Program-made: the position numbers and the translations under genes
The notes under the pieces: model-generated
Databases searched by the model: none
What the model saw: only the letters and a program-made list of their open reading frames with translations
What the model was told of the DNA's origin: nothing
Virus record (IMG/VR): IMGVR_UViG_3300025695_001209
Span: 8,762 to 72,761 of that record
Strand: one strand, 5' to 3'
Source: a virus
DNA: 64,000 nt
In this document: piece after piece, positions 1 to 9,944 of the stretch
Numbering within the stretch: position 1 is the stretch's first letter
Layout: the number at the start of each line of letters is the position of its first letter

Positions 1-623
1 AAAAACTTAACAGACATATAAAATTCGTCTAAGTTTATGTAACTCCTATCTTTCAACCAATAAACAAAGAACCCCTCTTTATCACCTAAATAATCTAAAT
101 TATAAATCGGTACTCTAACATTAACGTTTTTAGGTACCGTACTTGAACCTATATTAACACTATTAGTTTGTCCCTGATATGAAGGCAATATTATCGTAAA
201 GTATATTTGTTGACTTTGACTCTCGTTGGTATCATAAAAATCTAACTTAAAAAAGCTATTTTTATAAGAATTTGTACTATAATATATTTCTTTGTCTGTG
301 AAACCTGCGTCGTTATAATTACTCACCCAATCAGTTGACGTCGCATTATTAATATTCACGTTTTCAGGTAAAAAATAAAATTCATAGTTAGCACTTGATT
401 TACTAATCATCTGAGGTTTCTTAGGGTCAGTACTTACTACTCGATAAGACTCATGGTCAAATCTAGTCACCTCAAAGTCCTCAGTAGGGTTGATTACCTG
501 TTCGATAACTTCTTCTTCGTACACCTCAATAGCATCTTCACGACCATTAACATCCCAAAATTGTTCTATCGGAATCTGAAGTTCCCTTTCTGTACCGTTA
601 TCTGAAAATCTATATTTATTCAC
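1..623 (-). CDS. Hypothetical virion/baseplate-region protein, partial (runs off the window start)
   Basis: Not in the ORF track. GTG at 623-621 overlaps the stop of the upstream gene. Reads MNKYRFSDNGTERELQIPIEQFWD...FFKLDFYDT...FYMSVKF with no stop before the edge. Confidence 0.75.
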   Translation of the reverse strand, partial: MNKYRFSDNGTERELQIPIEQFWDVNGREDAIEVYEEEVIEQVINPTEDFEVTRFDHESYRVVSTDPKKPQMISKSSANYEFYFLPENVNINNATSTDWVSNYNDAGFTDKEIYYSTNSYKNSFFKLDFYDTNESQSQQIYFTIILPSYQGQTNSVNIGSSTVPKNVNVRVPIYNLDYLGDKEGFFVYWLKDRSYINLDEFYMSVKF

Positions 624-2316
624 AATTATCTATTATTGGTTGCACTATCATATTCATGGTATTAAACCTTCTTTGTGGTGACATCTGATAAAACTTTATG
701 TCTTTAAATGGGTAATGCGCACCATTTAAAAACGGGTAATCAACACCAACATTTTCACTATCTATAAACCCATATGGGTACAAATCTCTCCACCTCCACC
801 TTTCTTCAAAGTTCGAATAAAATGCGTAGTCAGGTATGAAATCAACATCCTGTGCTCGACCTGTTTCCACATAAGGTGAAAATTCTTTAATTTTAATAGT
901 ATTGTGTGGGTGATACACATACCCAATAGGTACCGCACCACTTACATTAGTGTTGAAGTAAGTAGGGTTAAAACTATATTTGTGTAATAGTTGTGATACC
1001 ACATTTTCAGTCATTTCAAAGTCATTCCACTCACAAAAATCACCTAATAATTCATCATCAATTTTTAAGTTTGAATTATAGTAAAATGTTTTTCCGTTTA
1101 CTGTGTAAGTTGATAAAGTAATATTATCTTTATTATCGTTGTTAGACGGTAACCACCACGTATCCACACTATCTTTAAGACGATTAAAGTCCCATCCAAC
1201 ATTAACTGATGTTGTTGGGTTAGATGGTGACGGAGGATTAAACCAACCCATATACCCTTTATTTAATACCGTAACAAATAGTTCCGTCAAAGGTCTTTGT
1301 TGGTTGTCTTTATATCTTGACACATCAATATCCTTTTCAAACGTGAAAGATGCGGTTTGTGAACTATTTCTAACCGAAACCCTTTGTACGTTGTTAGGTG
1401 TAAGTGCTGAGTACTCTAACTTTGAATTATTATTAAATGGTATATTTTCAAATCCCATTCTGGCCATATTATAATCCTTAATGTCTGTTAGGATTTTATG
1501 TTTCCTGACATAGTATTCGGACGTTGTCTCACCTGAGTTATTTTTATTTATCACTCTTTTGAACGTACCCGTTACACCATCGTTAAAAGTGGTACCTGTA
1601 TATCCTAAATCGTATATGGAAAAAACACTCAACTCACTGTTATACTCCTCATCACCCAACTCATATACTTGAAAATAATTCTCCCCTCCGTAGTCAAATG
1701 ATAACTTAGCAAATTCCCCCACACTTAAATTATGATTACCACCACAGTAAAAAGTTATTAACTCCTTACCTTTAAGTTTTCTTCGTTTAATTGCGAAAGG
1801 TATACCATCACTAACATTAAATAATGTTGTTGCACTTAGTTTTTCATTATAATAAGTCATGGTTTGAGCCGTCACATTTTCAAATGCATATGAAAGATAC
1901 ATCGTCCAATTATATGTCGTAGCACTTTTAGGTATTAAGTCTACATGCCCGTCAATACCTTCAGTCCTTAAAAAACTAAACTCGTCGTATTGTGGATATC
2001 CTTTCCAAGAATTACTCGTTACTGAATTTAAAGCATCCACATAATATAAGTCATCTCTAAATGGCGTATAAGTGGTTTTACCTGTGTAAATATTATCAAA
2101 AATATTACTTAACTTACCCGTTATTCTTATGGTGTTAGACGATTGTCGTTCTTTATCAAACCTTTCCGCCAAATTTAAAATGACAGTTCGGTCTCCCTCA
2201 ACCATTTGTCGTTTATCACCCTCTAATGTAATTGGTAACCCACTATCTATCGTTGGTGCCCCTTTATACTGCTTTTCGCTAGGAACTATTCTTATTTGAT
2301 TTGGTTCCCTACTCAT
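616..2316 (-). CDS. Hypothetical structural protein (baseplate region)
   Basis: 566 aa ORF, coupled to both neighbours, aromatic/Asn/Thr-rich, in the baseplate operon. Confidence 0.6.
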   Translation of the reverse strand: MSREPNQIRIVPSEKQYKGAPTIDSGLPITLEGDKRQMVEGDRTVILNLAERFDKERQSSNTIRITGKLSNIFDNIYTGKTTYTPFRDDLYYVDALNSVTSNSWKGYPQYDEFSFLRTEGIDGHVDLIPKSATTYNWTMYLSYAFENVTAQTMTYYNEKLSATTLFNVSDGIPFAIKRRKLKGKELITFYCGGNHNLSVGEFAKLSFDYGGENYFQVYELGDEEYNSELSVFSIYDLGYTGTTFNDGVTGTFKRVINKNNSGETTSEYYVRKHKILTDIKDYNMARMGFENIPFNNNSKLEYSALTPNNVQRVSVRNSSQTASFTFEKDIDVSRYKDNQQRPLTELFVTVLNKGYMGWFNPPSPSNPTTSVNVGWDFNRLKDSVDTWWLPSNNDNKDNITLSTYTVNGKTFYYNSNLKIDDELLGDFCEWNDFEMTENVVSQLLHKYSFNPTYFNTNVSGAVPIGYVYHPHNTIKIKEFSPYVETGRAQDVDFIPDYAFYSNFEERWRWRDLYPYGFIDSENVGVDYPFLNGAHYPFKDIKFYQMSPQRRFNTMNMIVQPIIDNCE

Positions 2317-5300
2317 AATGTCTCTTGATTAAGTACATATTTATCAATGTATCTATTCATCGCTGATTTACCTGTCTTAAGCCCAAAATAAAAGAAGTAA
2401 GGTGAACCCGTATTGATTTTATCTCTTGCCGATGATGGTGCATCGTTAGACACCTCTATTTGTGTCCCCACTATTTTTGAATTGTAGATGAAACCTGGTT
2501 GTTCGGTAGTCGGACTAAACACATCTGATACGTAGTCTTCTGTCGATGTTAACCTATCCATACTTTGGTAGTTAAATGACCCTAACCCACCTGTCGTGTC
2601 TTTAGTTACCCAGTCGTTCAGTTCTGTACCGAATAAACTATAACTATTAGGTTTTAACCCCCACTGATAAAAAGGTACCTCTTGGTCATTAAACCCATAA
2701 TTATCCGTTAGATGACTTGTAAGTGTATCTTGGAAAGTAAATCTACCAGGTGTTATCATATCCCTATTAATTGTGTTAGCTTCAAACAAAACACCAATAA
2801 TTGGTTCACCGTCATTATCCTTAACCCACTTTATATTATCATCACTATAATTCGAACCTAAAAATGGTACAACACCATACTCAGAGTTTATACTTATTAA
2901 TTGTGACACATCCCCATCTAATCTATTATTCTCTCGAGTAAATAATTGGTTTATCGGTGCAATCGCATTACCAACTCTACTCCAAAAATTTGAATTAGAT
3001 AAACGACTTATTACAAATAATTGTAATATGTCTGAAGTATCGTTGTATGATGTACTTTTAATTGTGTCAACAATATATCCTTGGAACTCAGGATTATAAC
3101 ATATCTCTTTAGTGAAGATATCTCTAGGTCCTAAGTCCATAATCGTAGTTGGTGTACCTAAATATTTGTTGTTAGAACCATTATTTGGAAGTAAACCCGG
3201 TTGATTGTCTCTACCAATAAAATTACCGTTACTATATGGTGAAACCCGATAAAAAAATGAATTATTAATTGTCTGATACACCACAGTATCCTTACAATAT
3301 TTATATGTAGGGTCACTTAAGAATTTAGTCTCATTAACATCGTTACCATACACATCATCTTTTTGTACTGCAAACATATATAACGAACCGTTAATCCAAT
3401 TATTAACAAATGTTAAACTCACAACGTTATTACATAAGGCAAACATCATTCTGAACCTAGCTAACCATTCTGTAAGTATCCCAAAATCTTTACCCACTCT
3501 ACCAATTCTTGTCACTAAGTAATAACACCCACCTCTCAATTTTTCAGACTTCTTTTGGTCAGTTACATAATAACACTCATCGTCAGACGGGTAGACACCA
3601 ATAGACTCACCGTTACCTGAATAACAAGACAGTGGTACCATACCACTACATGAAAATGAACCAATCACTTGTGATGCTACCGCACCTGCATCTTCCCCAA
3701 AGTCTTCAGACGAACCAAAATTAACCTCACCAGGTTGTGTTGAAAATGACATGTCAATCTCACCTTCGTCACTTATAATATAAGTCGCGAAAAATCTATT
3801 CTGATGTAAAACAAATCTAAAATCGTGTTGGTCAGAAGTTGGTAAACTGTCGGACCTCATAACTAAAAATTCATTATCACTCATATTAACACTACTTGTC
3901 GGGTTACTGTCGTAATATGTTGGTGAATAATATCTATAACCCGAAATAGATGGTGTACCATCTGAATACATAGCACCCACACCTTCAACTATCTCAGTAT
4001 TTCTATACGCCCAATTATTAACACTAGGTGAAATAGGGGTAAAATCACTCCACGACCCAACACTAGATACTCTAGCAACATCATTAACATTATCAACTAC
4101 AGAACCTAATAAGGATACGTTTGGAGACCCACCATACCAATTTTCTTTAGTATCCCCATTATAAGAACTATAATCTAAATGATTTTGTGTCGTATAACCA
4201 CTGTAATTACTATTTGTAGGTGTGAACGTAAATGACTTATAATATAGTCTTAACCCTGAAAAATCTGATGAATTATTTGTAGTGATTTCATTATGCTTCA
4301 CTATTGAGTAGTCTGAAGAGTTTGAATATGGTTGAATAGGTACATTTAACTTATACTGACCCCTTACTTTATACCCTGAGGTACCCATAGCCTTACCATA
4401 TAACCTACTTAAATCATATTCAACATCCTGTCTTGGTGTGTTAGGGTCTACCCCTCTCACTAAAAAGACCACATAAGTATCTTCCCAATCACTATTTAGT
4501 TGTATGTTTGGTGTTTGTTGTACATAACCCGTACCAGGGTACGTGCTTGGTGCGTTAGGAACAAGATAATTACCATTAACTCTTTGCCACCCAAATAGGT
4601 ACCTCCCTGCTAAAGTATTATTACCAATATTAGAATTGTATGGTTGATTAACGTGATTACCCCCTTCCAAAGCATTATAATCGGAAAGTGTTTGCCCTGT
4701 AATAATCTGATAATATTCAATATCTGATGCAAAATTGTAGTCAAGTGTCTGAGTACCACCAGTAATTGTATAAGTCGTAGTGTTTTGAGTTAGAGTACTT
4801 TCATTCATATACTCTATAGTCACATTCGCATTACCACTAGTATCAAACGTTGTCGTCCCTGTTGTTGTTCCTGACACATTAGGGTCAAGACTATCATCAG
4901 GGTTTTGAAAAGTTATTACACTACCGGGTGTAAAGTTTAAATATGAGGTAGAATCCATAACCATCATAATAACATTATCCGTGTGGTCTTTAGTACTATT
5001 AAACGGTATATCTTTATTAACTTTTACTTTAATTTTATTATACCCACCTTGTTCATGGTACTTTGCCTTAGCATTAAATAAATTGAATTTCTCAGAAAGA
5101 GGTAACTCATCACTTCCGAATGTATTACCATTACCGACATTCCATGAAACATCTGACCAAGGCGTCTTTTGATATATTTGAGAAGTGGTTACACCATCAT
5201 ATCCTGCCATTGTCATTTGATAACCTAACTGATATAAACTGTCCCAATCATTTGGTACCGTCCCACCTGTCACCGATAGTAAATCATAGAAGTCTGTTGA

Positions 5301-7472
5301 TGTAGTATCGACTAGTTTTGAGTAATTAACATTTAATGTTGTACCTACAGTCCCAACCAAATCATCATCTTCAGGTTCATTTTCCGGGTCTACCGATTCA
5401 CATGAACATGCACGACACGCCGGATAAGAAAGATTAGGTAGTGGTATTGACTTTAACGGACATTCTTTTGCCAAGTACGCATCCTTAAGACTAACTTTTT
5501 CAATTTTATTATTTTTCTTCTTGAATAGGTTTATCGCAGTTATTACCAGATTCATAATAGGTACGATAATCGTTAAAAGGGCATTAATAATAAATCGTAA
5601 TACAGGCCACAATAAACAGAAAGAATGTGCCACTAATATTAATGCGTATAGAGGTATTGTGAAAAGAAGAAGGAATAGACTCACAACTAAATATAGTAGG
5701 TCAAAATTCTTAACCCCATCGTTCGTTGGAAACTTATTGTTAGTACTCTCACAATCTCTGTTTAATATTTCTTTAATCCCTAAAAATCTTCCACGATTAT
5801 AACCTTTTCTATACTCATCAATCATCTGAGATGGAGTATATACTTTGTTATAATTCATCAAATAGAATGAGTCTTCACAGTTAATAGCAGCATCTTTATC
5901 CGCATATTCACCCCAATTTAGTGAGAAGGCGTAACTTTTTTGAAACTGAGAATATTTGTAATCATATAACTCATAATTAACGGTAACAGGTATGAAAACA
6001 CCTGAGTTATTTTTTTTAGTAACTCGTATCTCTAAAGTACCTCCTGTTGGAAAATCAATTAATTTCTCAGTTCTTAACTGACCATTAACATATATTTCTA
6101 TTTTCTCAGCATCTGTATTCTCAAATACCTTAACACTTAAATTACTGGTAAGTCCAATAAATTGTGATTGTACCTCATTAGAGTTATTAAAGTTCACAGG
6201 GAATGGACCCGCACTATTGGATAATGTACTTGGGTCGGTACCAGGATTAGAAACACTACCATCCCACCCATACTCACGAATTTGAGGGACCACAAAATTT
6301 GGTCTAATTACATTCCCCTTTATCGGTATAAACCTTTGACCGTCAAACGGACTCGTGTTTTCTTCCGATTGGTATTTAACCTTAAACCTATATTTTCCCT
6401 TTGTTGGTATACCAACATCTGGGTCATTTGATAAAACACTTTCTCCGAACTCATTTGTGACAACATAATCTAAGTTCATAGGGACATCAGTTACGAATGT
6501 TCCTTGGTCATCAATTACTTTCCCACCATTAGGTAACTGATGTTGTTCTAATACTGGGTCACCATTTTCATCCAAATCAATGGTTTGTCTTATCGCCATT
6601 ATTTCACCAGGACCCGTAACTAAACCACATAAATCCCCTTGCTCTGTTCTTGGCTTACAATTTGGTTTTAATGGTCTATTATCATTATCGCTAAATATTG
6701 AACCCATAAACACCGAAGTCGGTCGAATCTCAATACCCATTTCCCTTAAATCAAAGTCAGTCCTTGTAATACCAATATTACATAAATCCTCTTGTCCCCA
6801 AAAAGATGCAACATCAATATCCTTCACTTGATTTACAATCTGAGGTAACTCATCAATATTATTAGATGATTTAAAATTAGAACCATCAAATTGTTCAGCA
6901 ACCCCCATATTCATCCTTATCAAGTCTTGAGGTCTCAAAGAGAAACATCCCATGTTTGATAAGTCTAAATCCATTACGATTTTTTGATTACCCAATGGTA
7001 CACCTGTAATCATGAAATCACCCGACTCATTAGTTTTAACCGTATACCTATAATACTTTTCGTATATCTCTAAAACCTCATTTCGAGTCATTACATCCGA
7101 CCTGGACGGAAAGGTACCTGTTGGCGTGTGTCCACCATATTGCTTTTCATACGGTAGTAAGTTATATCGATACCCATCCTCATTTTTATCTGTAACCGAC
7201 TTATATGGGTATAATGTGGATATTACGGGGTCTTGTAGGTCCATATCATCGATAGGTACAAATATAGAGACGGTGGCATTAGGTAATCCGAACCCACTAT
7301 TTGCAACCACTCTACCAACAACAACACCATAGTCAGCACAGAATCTTGAATACACATCTTCTTGTCTTAACTTTAAAGAAAGAATCTCTAAAAAGTCAAA
7401 GTCTTGCTCAACCGTAACATTAATGTTTTGGTCAGCACCTAATTTGGTTCTTATTCTGTATGATTTAGACAT
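2313..7472 (-). CDS. Large virion protein (baseplate/tail-associated) with N-terminal beta-sandwich and internal hydrophobic segment
   Basis: 1719 aa. GVVVGRV...NATVSIF...TNESGDFMITGVPLG resembles a carboxypeptidase-regulatory-like domain. Lies downstream of the gp6-like gene. Confidence 0.6.
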   Translation of the reverse strand: MSKSYRIRTKLGADQNINVTVEQDFDFLEILSLKLRQEDVYSRFCADYGVVVGRVVANSGFGLPNATVSIFVPIDDMDLQDPVISTLYPYKSVTDKNEDGYRYNLLPYEKQYGGHTPTGTFPSRSDVMTRNEVLEIYEKYYRYTVKTNESGDFMITGVPLGNQKIVMDLDLSNMGCFSLRPQDLIRMNMGVAEQFDGSNFKSSNNIDELPQIVNQVKDIDVASFWGQEDLCNIGITRTDFDLREMGIEIRPTSVFMGSIFSDNDNRPLKPNCKPRTEQGDLCGLVTGPGEIMAIRQTIDLDENGDPVLEQHQLPNGGKVIDDQGTFVTDVPMNLDYVVTNEFGESVLSNDPDVGIPTKGKYRFKVKYQSEENTSPFDGQRFIPIKGNVIRPNFVVPQIREYGWDGSVSNPGTDPSTLSNSAGPFPVNFNNSNEVQSQFIGLTSNLSVKVFENTDAEKIEIYVNGQLRTEKLIDFPTGGTLEIRVTKKNNSGVFIPVTVNYELYDYKYSQFQKSYAFSLNWGEYADKDAAINCEDSFYLMNYNKVYTPSQMIDEYRKGYNRGRFLGIKEILNRDCESTNNKFPTNDGVKNFDLLYLVVSLFLLLFTIPLYALILVAHSFCLLWPVLRFIINALLTIIVPIMNLVITAINLFKKKNNKIEKVSLKDAYLAKECPLKSIPLPNLSYPACRACSCESVDPENEPEDDDLVGTVGTTLNVNYSKLVDTTSTDFYDLLSVTGGTVPNDWDSLYQLGYQMTMAGYDGVTTSQIYQKTPWSDVSWNVGNGNTFGSDELPLSEKFNLFNAKAKYHEQGGYNKIKVKVNKDIPFNSTKDHTDNVIMMVMDSTSYLNFTPGSVITFQNPDDSLDPNVSGTTTGTTTFDTSGNANVTIEYMNESTLTQNTTTYTITGGTQTLDYNFASDIEYYQIITGQTLSDYNALEGGNHVNQPYNSNIGNNTLAGRYLFGWQRVNGNYLVPNAPSTYPGTGYVQQTPNIQLNSDWEDTYVVFLVRGVDPNTPRQDVEYDLSRLYGKAMGTSGYKVRGQYKLNVPIQPYSNSSDYSIVKHNEITTNNSSDFSGLRLYYKSFTFTPTNSNYSGYTTQNHLDYSSYNGDTKENWYGGSPNVSLLGSVVDNVNDVARVSSVGSWSDFTPISPSVNNWAYRNTEIVEGVGAMYSDGTPSISGYRYYSPTYYDSNPTSSVNMSDNEFLVMRSDSLPTSDQHDFRFVLHQNRFFATYIISDEGEIDMSFSTQPGEVNFGSSEDFGEDAGAVASQVIGSFSCSGMVPLSCYSGNGESIGVYPSDDECYYVTDQKKSEKLRGGCYYLVTRIGRVGKDFGILTEWLARFRMMFALCNNVVSLTFVNNWINGSLYMFAVQKDDVYGNDVNETKFLSDPTYKYCKDTVVYQTINNSFFYRVSPYSNGNFIGRDNQPGLLPNNGSNNKYLGTPTTIMDLGPRDIFTKEICYNPEFQGYIVDTIKSTSYNDTSDILQLFVISRLSNSNFWSRVGNAIAPINQLFTRENNRLDGDVSQLISINSEYGVVPFLGSNYSDDNIKWVKDNDGEPIIGVLFEANTINRDMITPGRFTFQDTLTSHLTDNYGFNDQEVPFYQWGLKPNSYSLFGTELNDWVTKDTTGGLGSFNYQSMDRLTSTEDYVSDVFSPTTEQPGFIYNSKIVGTQIEVSNDAPSSARDKINTGSPYFFYFGLKTGKSAMNRYIDKYVLNQETL

Positions 7473-7548
7473 ATAATAGTTTTAAGATAAATACTTATCT
7501 ATCCGTTTTACAATAATAAACCTATAAGTAAGTTTTGTAAAATGTATA

Positions 7549-9387
7549 TTACTTGTAGTCTACGGTTTTAAGGTTTTTAACCCTAACCTTAATATCTTTT
7601 TCAGGGAACCTTACTTGATATATTTGAGATGGTTCCGCAAAAATGGTCTCATCAACTAATTGTATTTCTCTTGTAAAAGAATCAGAATATCTTTGAGATG
7701 TCTCAGCCGATGAGTATTGACCTCCGACCTTATTAATCGCTTTTAAATCTGTGATTGATATCACACCTGCAACATCCTGTATGTTTCTTTTCATTTCCGA
7801 AATAAATACATTTTCACCCATAGTTCTATTTGTCGGTGCCATGTATTTAGTCACTTCATCAATTATTTTAGTAATAACGTTACCCTGATTCTGACCTGAA
7901 TCGATAACTACGGATATGTCATATTCTAAATCGATAACCTGACCAACATTAACAGATATATAATCATTTATCATTCTATATTTTGATAGATAATTGGCAA
8001 TGTTCTGTTTTAAGGTGTTTGATACCGTCTGAGTTAGACTTCCATTAGCATCGTATGATAAGATATTAATATTAATTTTATTATCTTTCTCAGTAATTGC
8101 AGTCTTAGCAGGTGCACCGTATTTTCCTGGCATCTTCCTGATTAAGGCGTTATAGTCATTAATCGTTACCGCTCTGTTTTGTGACGCATAATTAAATGTC
8201 ACCATATTTCTAACCTCTTCAATAGAAGGTTGGTTAGCACCTCCAATAGCTGCAGTGACATTATTGACCGTTAATGAATTGGTTACCGTTTGATTAATGT
8301 TATTAGATGGACCACTAACAAAAAAGTTAACAGTACCTACTTGATTTATTGCGTTTACACCAATATTTGATTGTGTACCTCCACCAATTCTATATTTAAC
8401 AAATAATGTAGTGTTTGCAGCTACCGTTCTACCCAATCCAATATTATTCTGATATTCCTGAATCCTTAATGAAACCCCATTTCTTGCGAACTCAGCCAGT
8501 TGGTCATCAGGTGTTGATGTACCTCCACCAAATTGAACCTTAAGGAAACCTTGAGGTGTGTATTCAGTTATGAACCTTGTCTCAGTATCAATATACTTAC
8601 CGACTTTTAAACCTGGTACGTCAGATGGTTTTGTCGTATCTTCAACAAAAATTGTCGATTCGGCTAATGAGTCTACCTCATACCACTTATCCTGTGCATT
8701 TACAAATTCAGAGTATGTTGGTGTAGATTGAAATGATGTCCCATCTTTTTGTATGATACCTACAACCTCTAAAACATTTTGTTCAGGTAAGAAAAATTCA
8801 AAGAATGGTTTAACGTCATTAGGGTTAATCGTTTTTTTGAATATTTTTGTTAACCCGTTTACCACGACCTCTCTCTTAGTAATTGTATAGTTTACAAGAA
8901 CATTATTAGAATCAAAATTTGGGATTTTAGTTCTATTAGGAAAACCTTCATTATTGTATTGAGATGCGAAATCAATGTCATAAACATTTTCGAATACTTG
9001 ACCTCCACCAATAACTTGTGAACCAGGTCTTAATGTCCCTAAATATCTTGTATCTTCTTGGTCTCCCGACGCAGGTACCGTTATTGAAAAATCAACAATA
9101 GATACTGATGGTCGGTTACCAGGTATCTTCAACCCGTATGTTCTGGCAATATTAAAAATAGATGAACGTTGTTGAGCATATTGTAAAACCGTTTCCTGAA
9201 TACTTCTATCAATATGATAATTTAAGTTATCACCAATTGCCGCGTTTAGGTCCATCAATACTGAGTAGACCGCAGCATCATTGAAGTTATCTATTAATTC
9301 AGGGTAATACTGTTTAGTGTAGTTTACTAAGTCCTGTCTTAGACCTTCGAAATCTCTTTCCGTATATGAAATCTTTTTACTTGCCAT
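7549..9387 (-). CDS. Baseplate wedge subunit (T4 gp6 / P2 gpJ-like)
   Basis: N-terminal RDFEGLRQDL, then AQQRSSIFNIARTYG, YRIGGG, GGANQPSIEEVR and QNRAVTINDY motifs typical of the gp6 family. Confidence 0.9.
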   Translation of the reverse strand: MASKKISYTERDFEGLRQDLVNYTKQYYPELIDNFNDAAVYSVLMDLNAAIGDNLNYHIDRSIQETVLQYAQQRSSIFNIARTYGLKIPGNRPSVSIVDFSITVPASGDQEDTRYLGTLRPGSQVIGGGQVFENVYDIDFASQYNNEGFPNRTKIPNFDSNNVLVNYTITKREVVVNGLTKIFKKTINPNDVKPFFEFFLPEQNVLEVVGIIQKDGTSFQSTPTYSEFVNAQDKWYEVDSLAESTIFVEDTTKPSDVPGLKVGKYIDTETRFITEYTPQGFLKVQFGGGTSTPDDQLAEFARNGVSLRIQEYQNNIGLGRTVAANTTLFVKYRIGGGTQSNIGVNAINQVGTVNFFVSGPSNNINQTVTNSLTVNNVTAAIGGANQPSIEEVRNMVTFNYASQNRAVTINDYNALIRKMPGKYGAPAKTAITEKDNKININILSYDANGSLTQTVSNTLKQNIANYLSKYRMINDYISVNVGQVIDLEYDISVVIDSGQNQGNVITKIIDEVTKYMAPTNRTMGENVFISEMKRNIQDVAGVISITDLKAINKVGGQYSSAETSQRYSDSFTREIQLVDETIFAEPSQIYQVRFPEKDIKVRVKNLKTVDYK

Positions 9388-9393
9388 CTATTA

Positions 9394-9858
9394 TTAAATA
9401 TTGATTATTATAAAATCTTTAGATTGAAAGGTACTATCAGTGATGGTATAATCTATCCTTAGTTTTGCCGTATATTCTTCGACACCTCTACCAGGTAATC
9501 TATAAATTCCCCCAACACCTAAATTATCCATATTTAGTTCCCCTTGAGATTCTAAGTCATCTAAGTAAGGTGTTATTGTTATTTCGTTAATTGTTAAGTT
9601 TGGTATATATTTTTCAACCGAATTTATAATGTCTGTTCTAATACCCTCAAATGTGGTTCCATCCATAGGTTCAAAAATAAACTCATAAATACGTGTACCA
9701 AAATCAGGTAAATAATACCGACTACCTTTTCTTGTTAGTATAAGGTGTAGTAGGTCAGTTCTTATTTCTTCATCAGTCGTTTGAGAAAGAGAAAGATACT
9801 TTCCATCCTTACTATCTTGAAAGGGGAAATTAATACCATATGTTTTACCGTTTGCCAT
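9394..9858 (-). CDS. Baseplate wedge protein (T4 gp25 / gpW-like)
   Basis: LILTRKGSRYYLPDFGTRIYEFIFEP is the gp25 family signature. Confidence 0.9.
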   Translation of the reverse strand: MANGKTYGINFPFQDSKDGKYLSLSQTTDEEIRTDLLHLILTRKGSRYYLPDFGTRIYEFIFEPMDGTTFEGIRTDIINSVEKYIPNLTINEITITPYLDDLESQGELNMDNLGVGGIYRLPGRGVEEYTAKLRIDYTITDSTFQSKDFIIINI

Positions 9859-9862
9859 TGTC

Positions 9863-9870
9863 TATAAATA
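9863..9870 (-). promoter_or_regulatory. TATTTATA motif (putative phage late promoter/initiator) before the gp25-like gene
   Basis: One instance of a motif found before at least 15 gene starts in this window. Here it is only 4 nt from the ATG. Confidence 0.6.
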
Positions 9871-9889
9871 TCTTAACAATTTAAATTAT

Positions 9890-9917
9890 AAAAAAAAGAG
9901 GACCTAAGTCCTCTTTT
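9890..9917 (-). terminator. Intrinsic terminator after nrdA
   Basis: AAAAGAGGAC-CTAA-GTCCTCTTTT hairpin with a T-run on the minus strand. Confidence 0.8.
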
Positions 9918-9944
9918 ATTTAATTTGAATGTAATTTTTACCCC

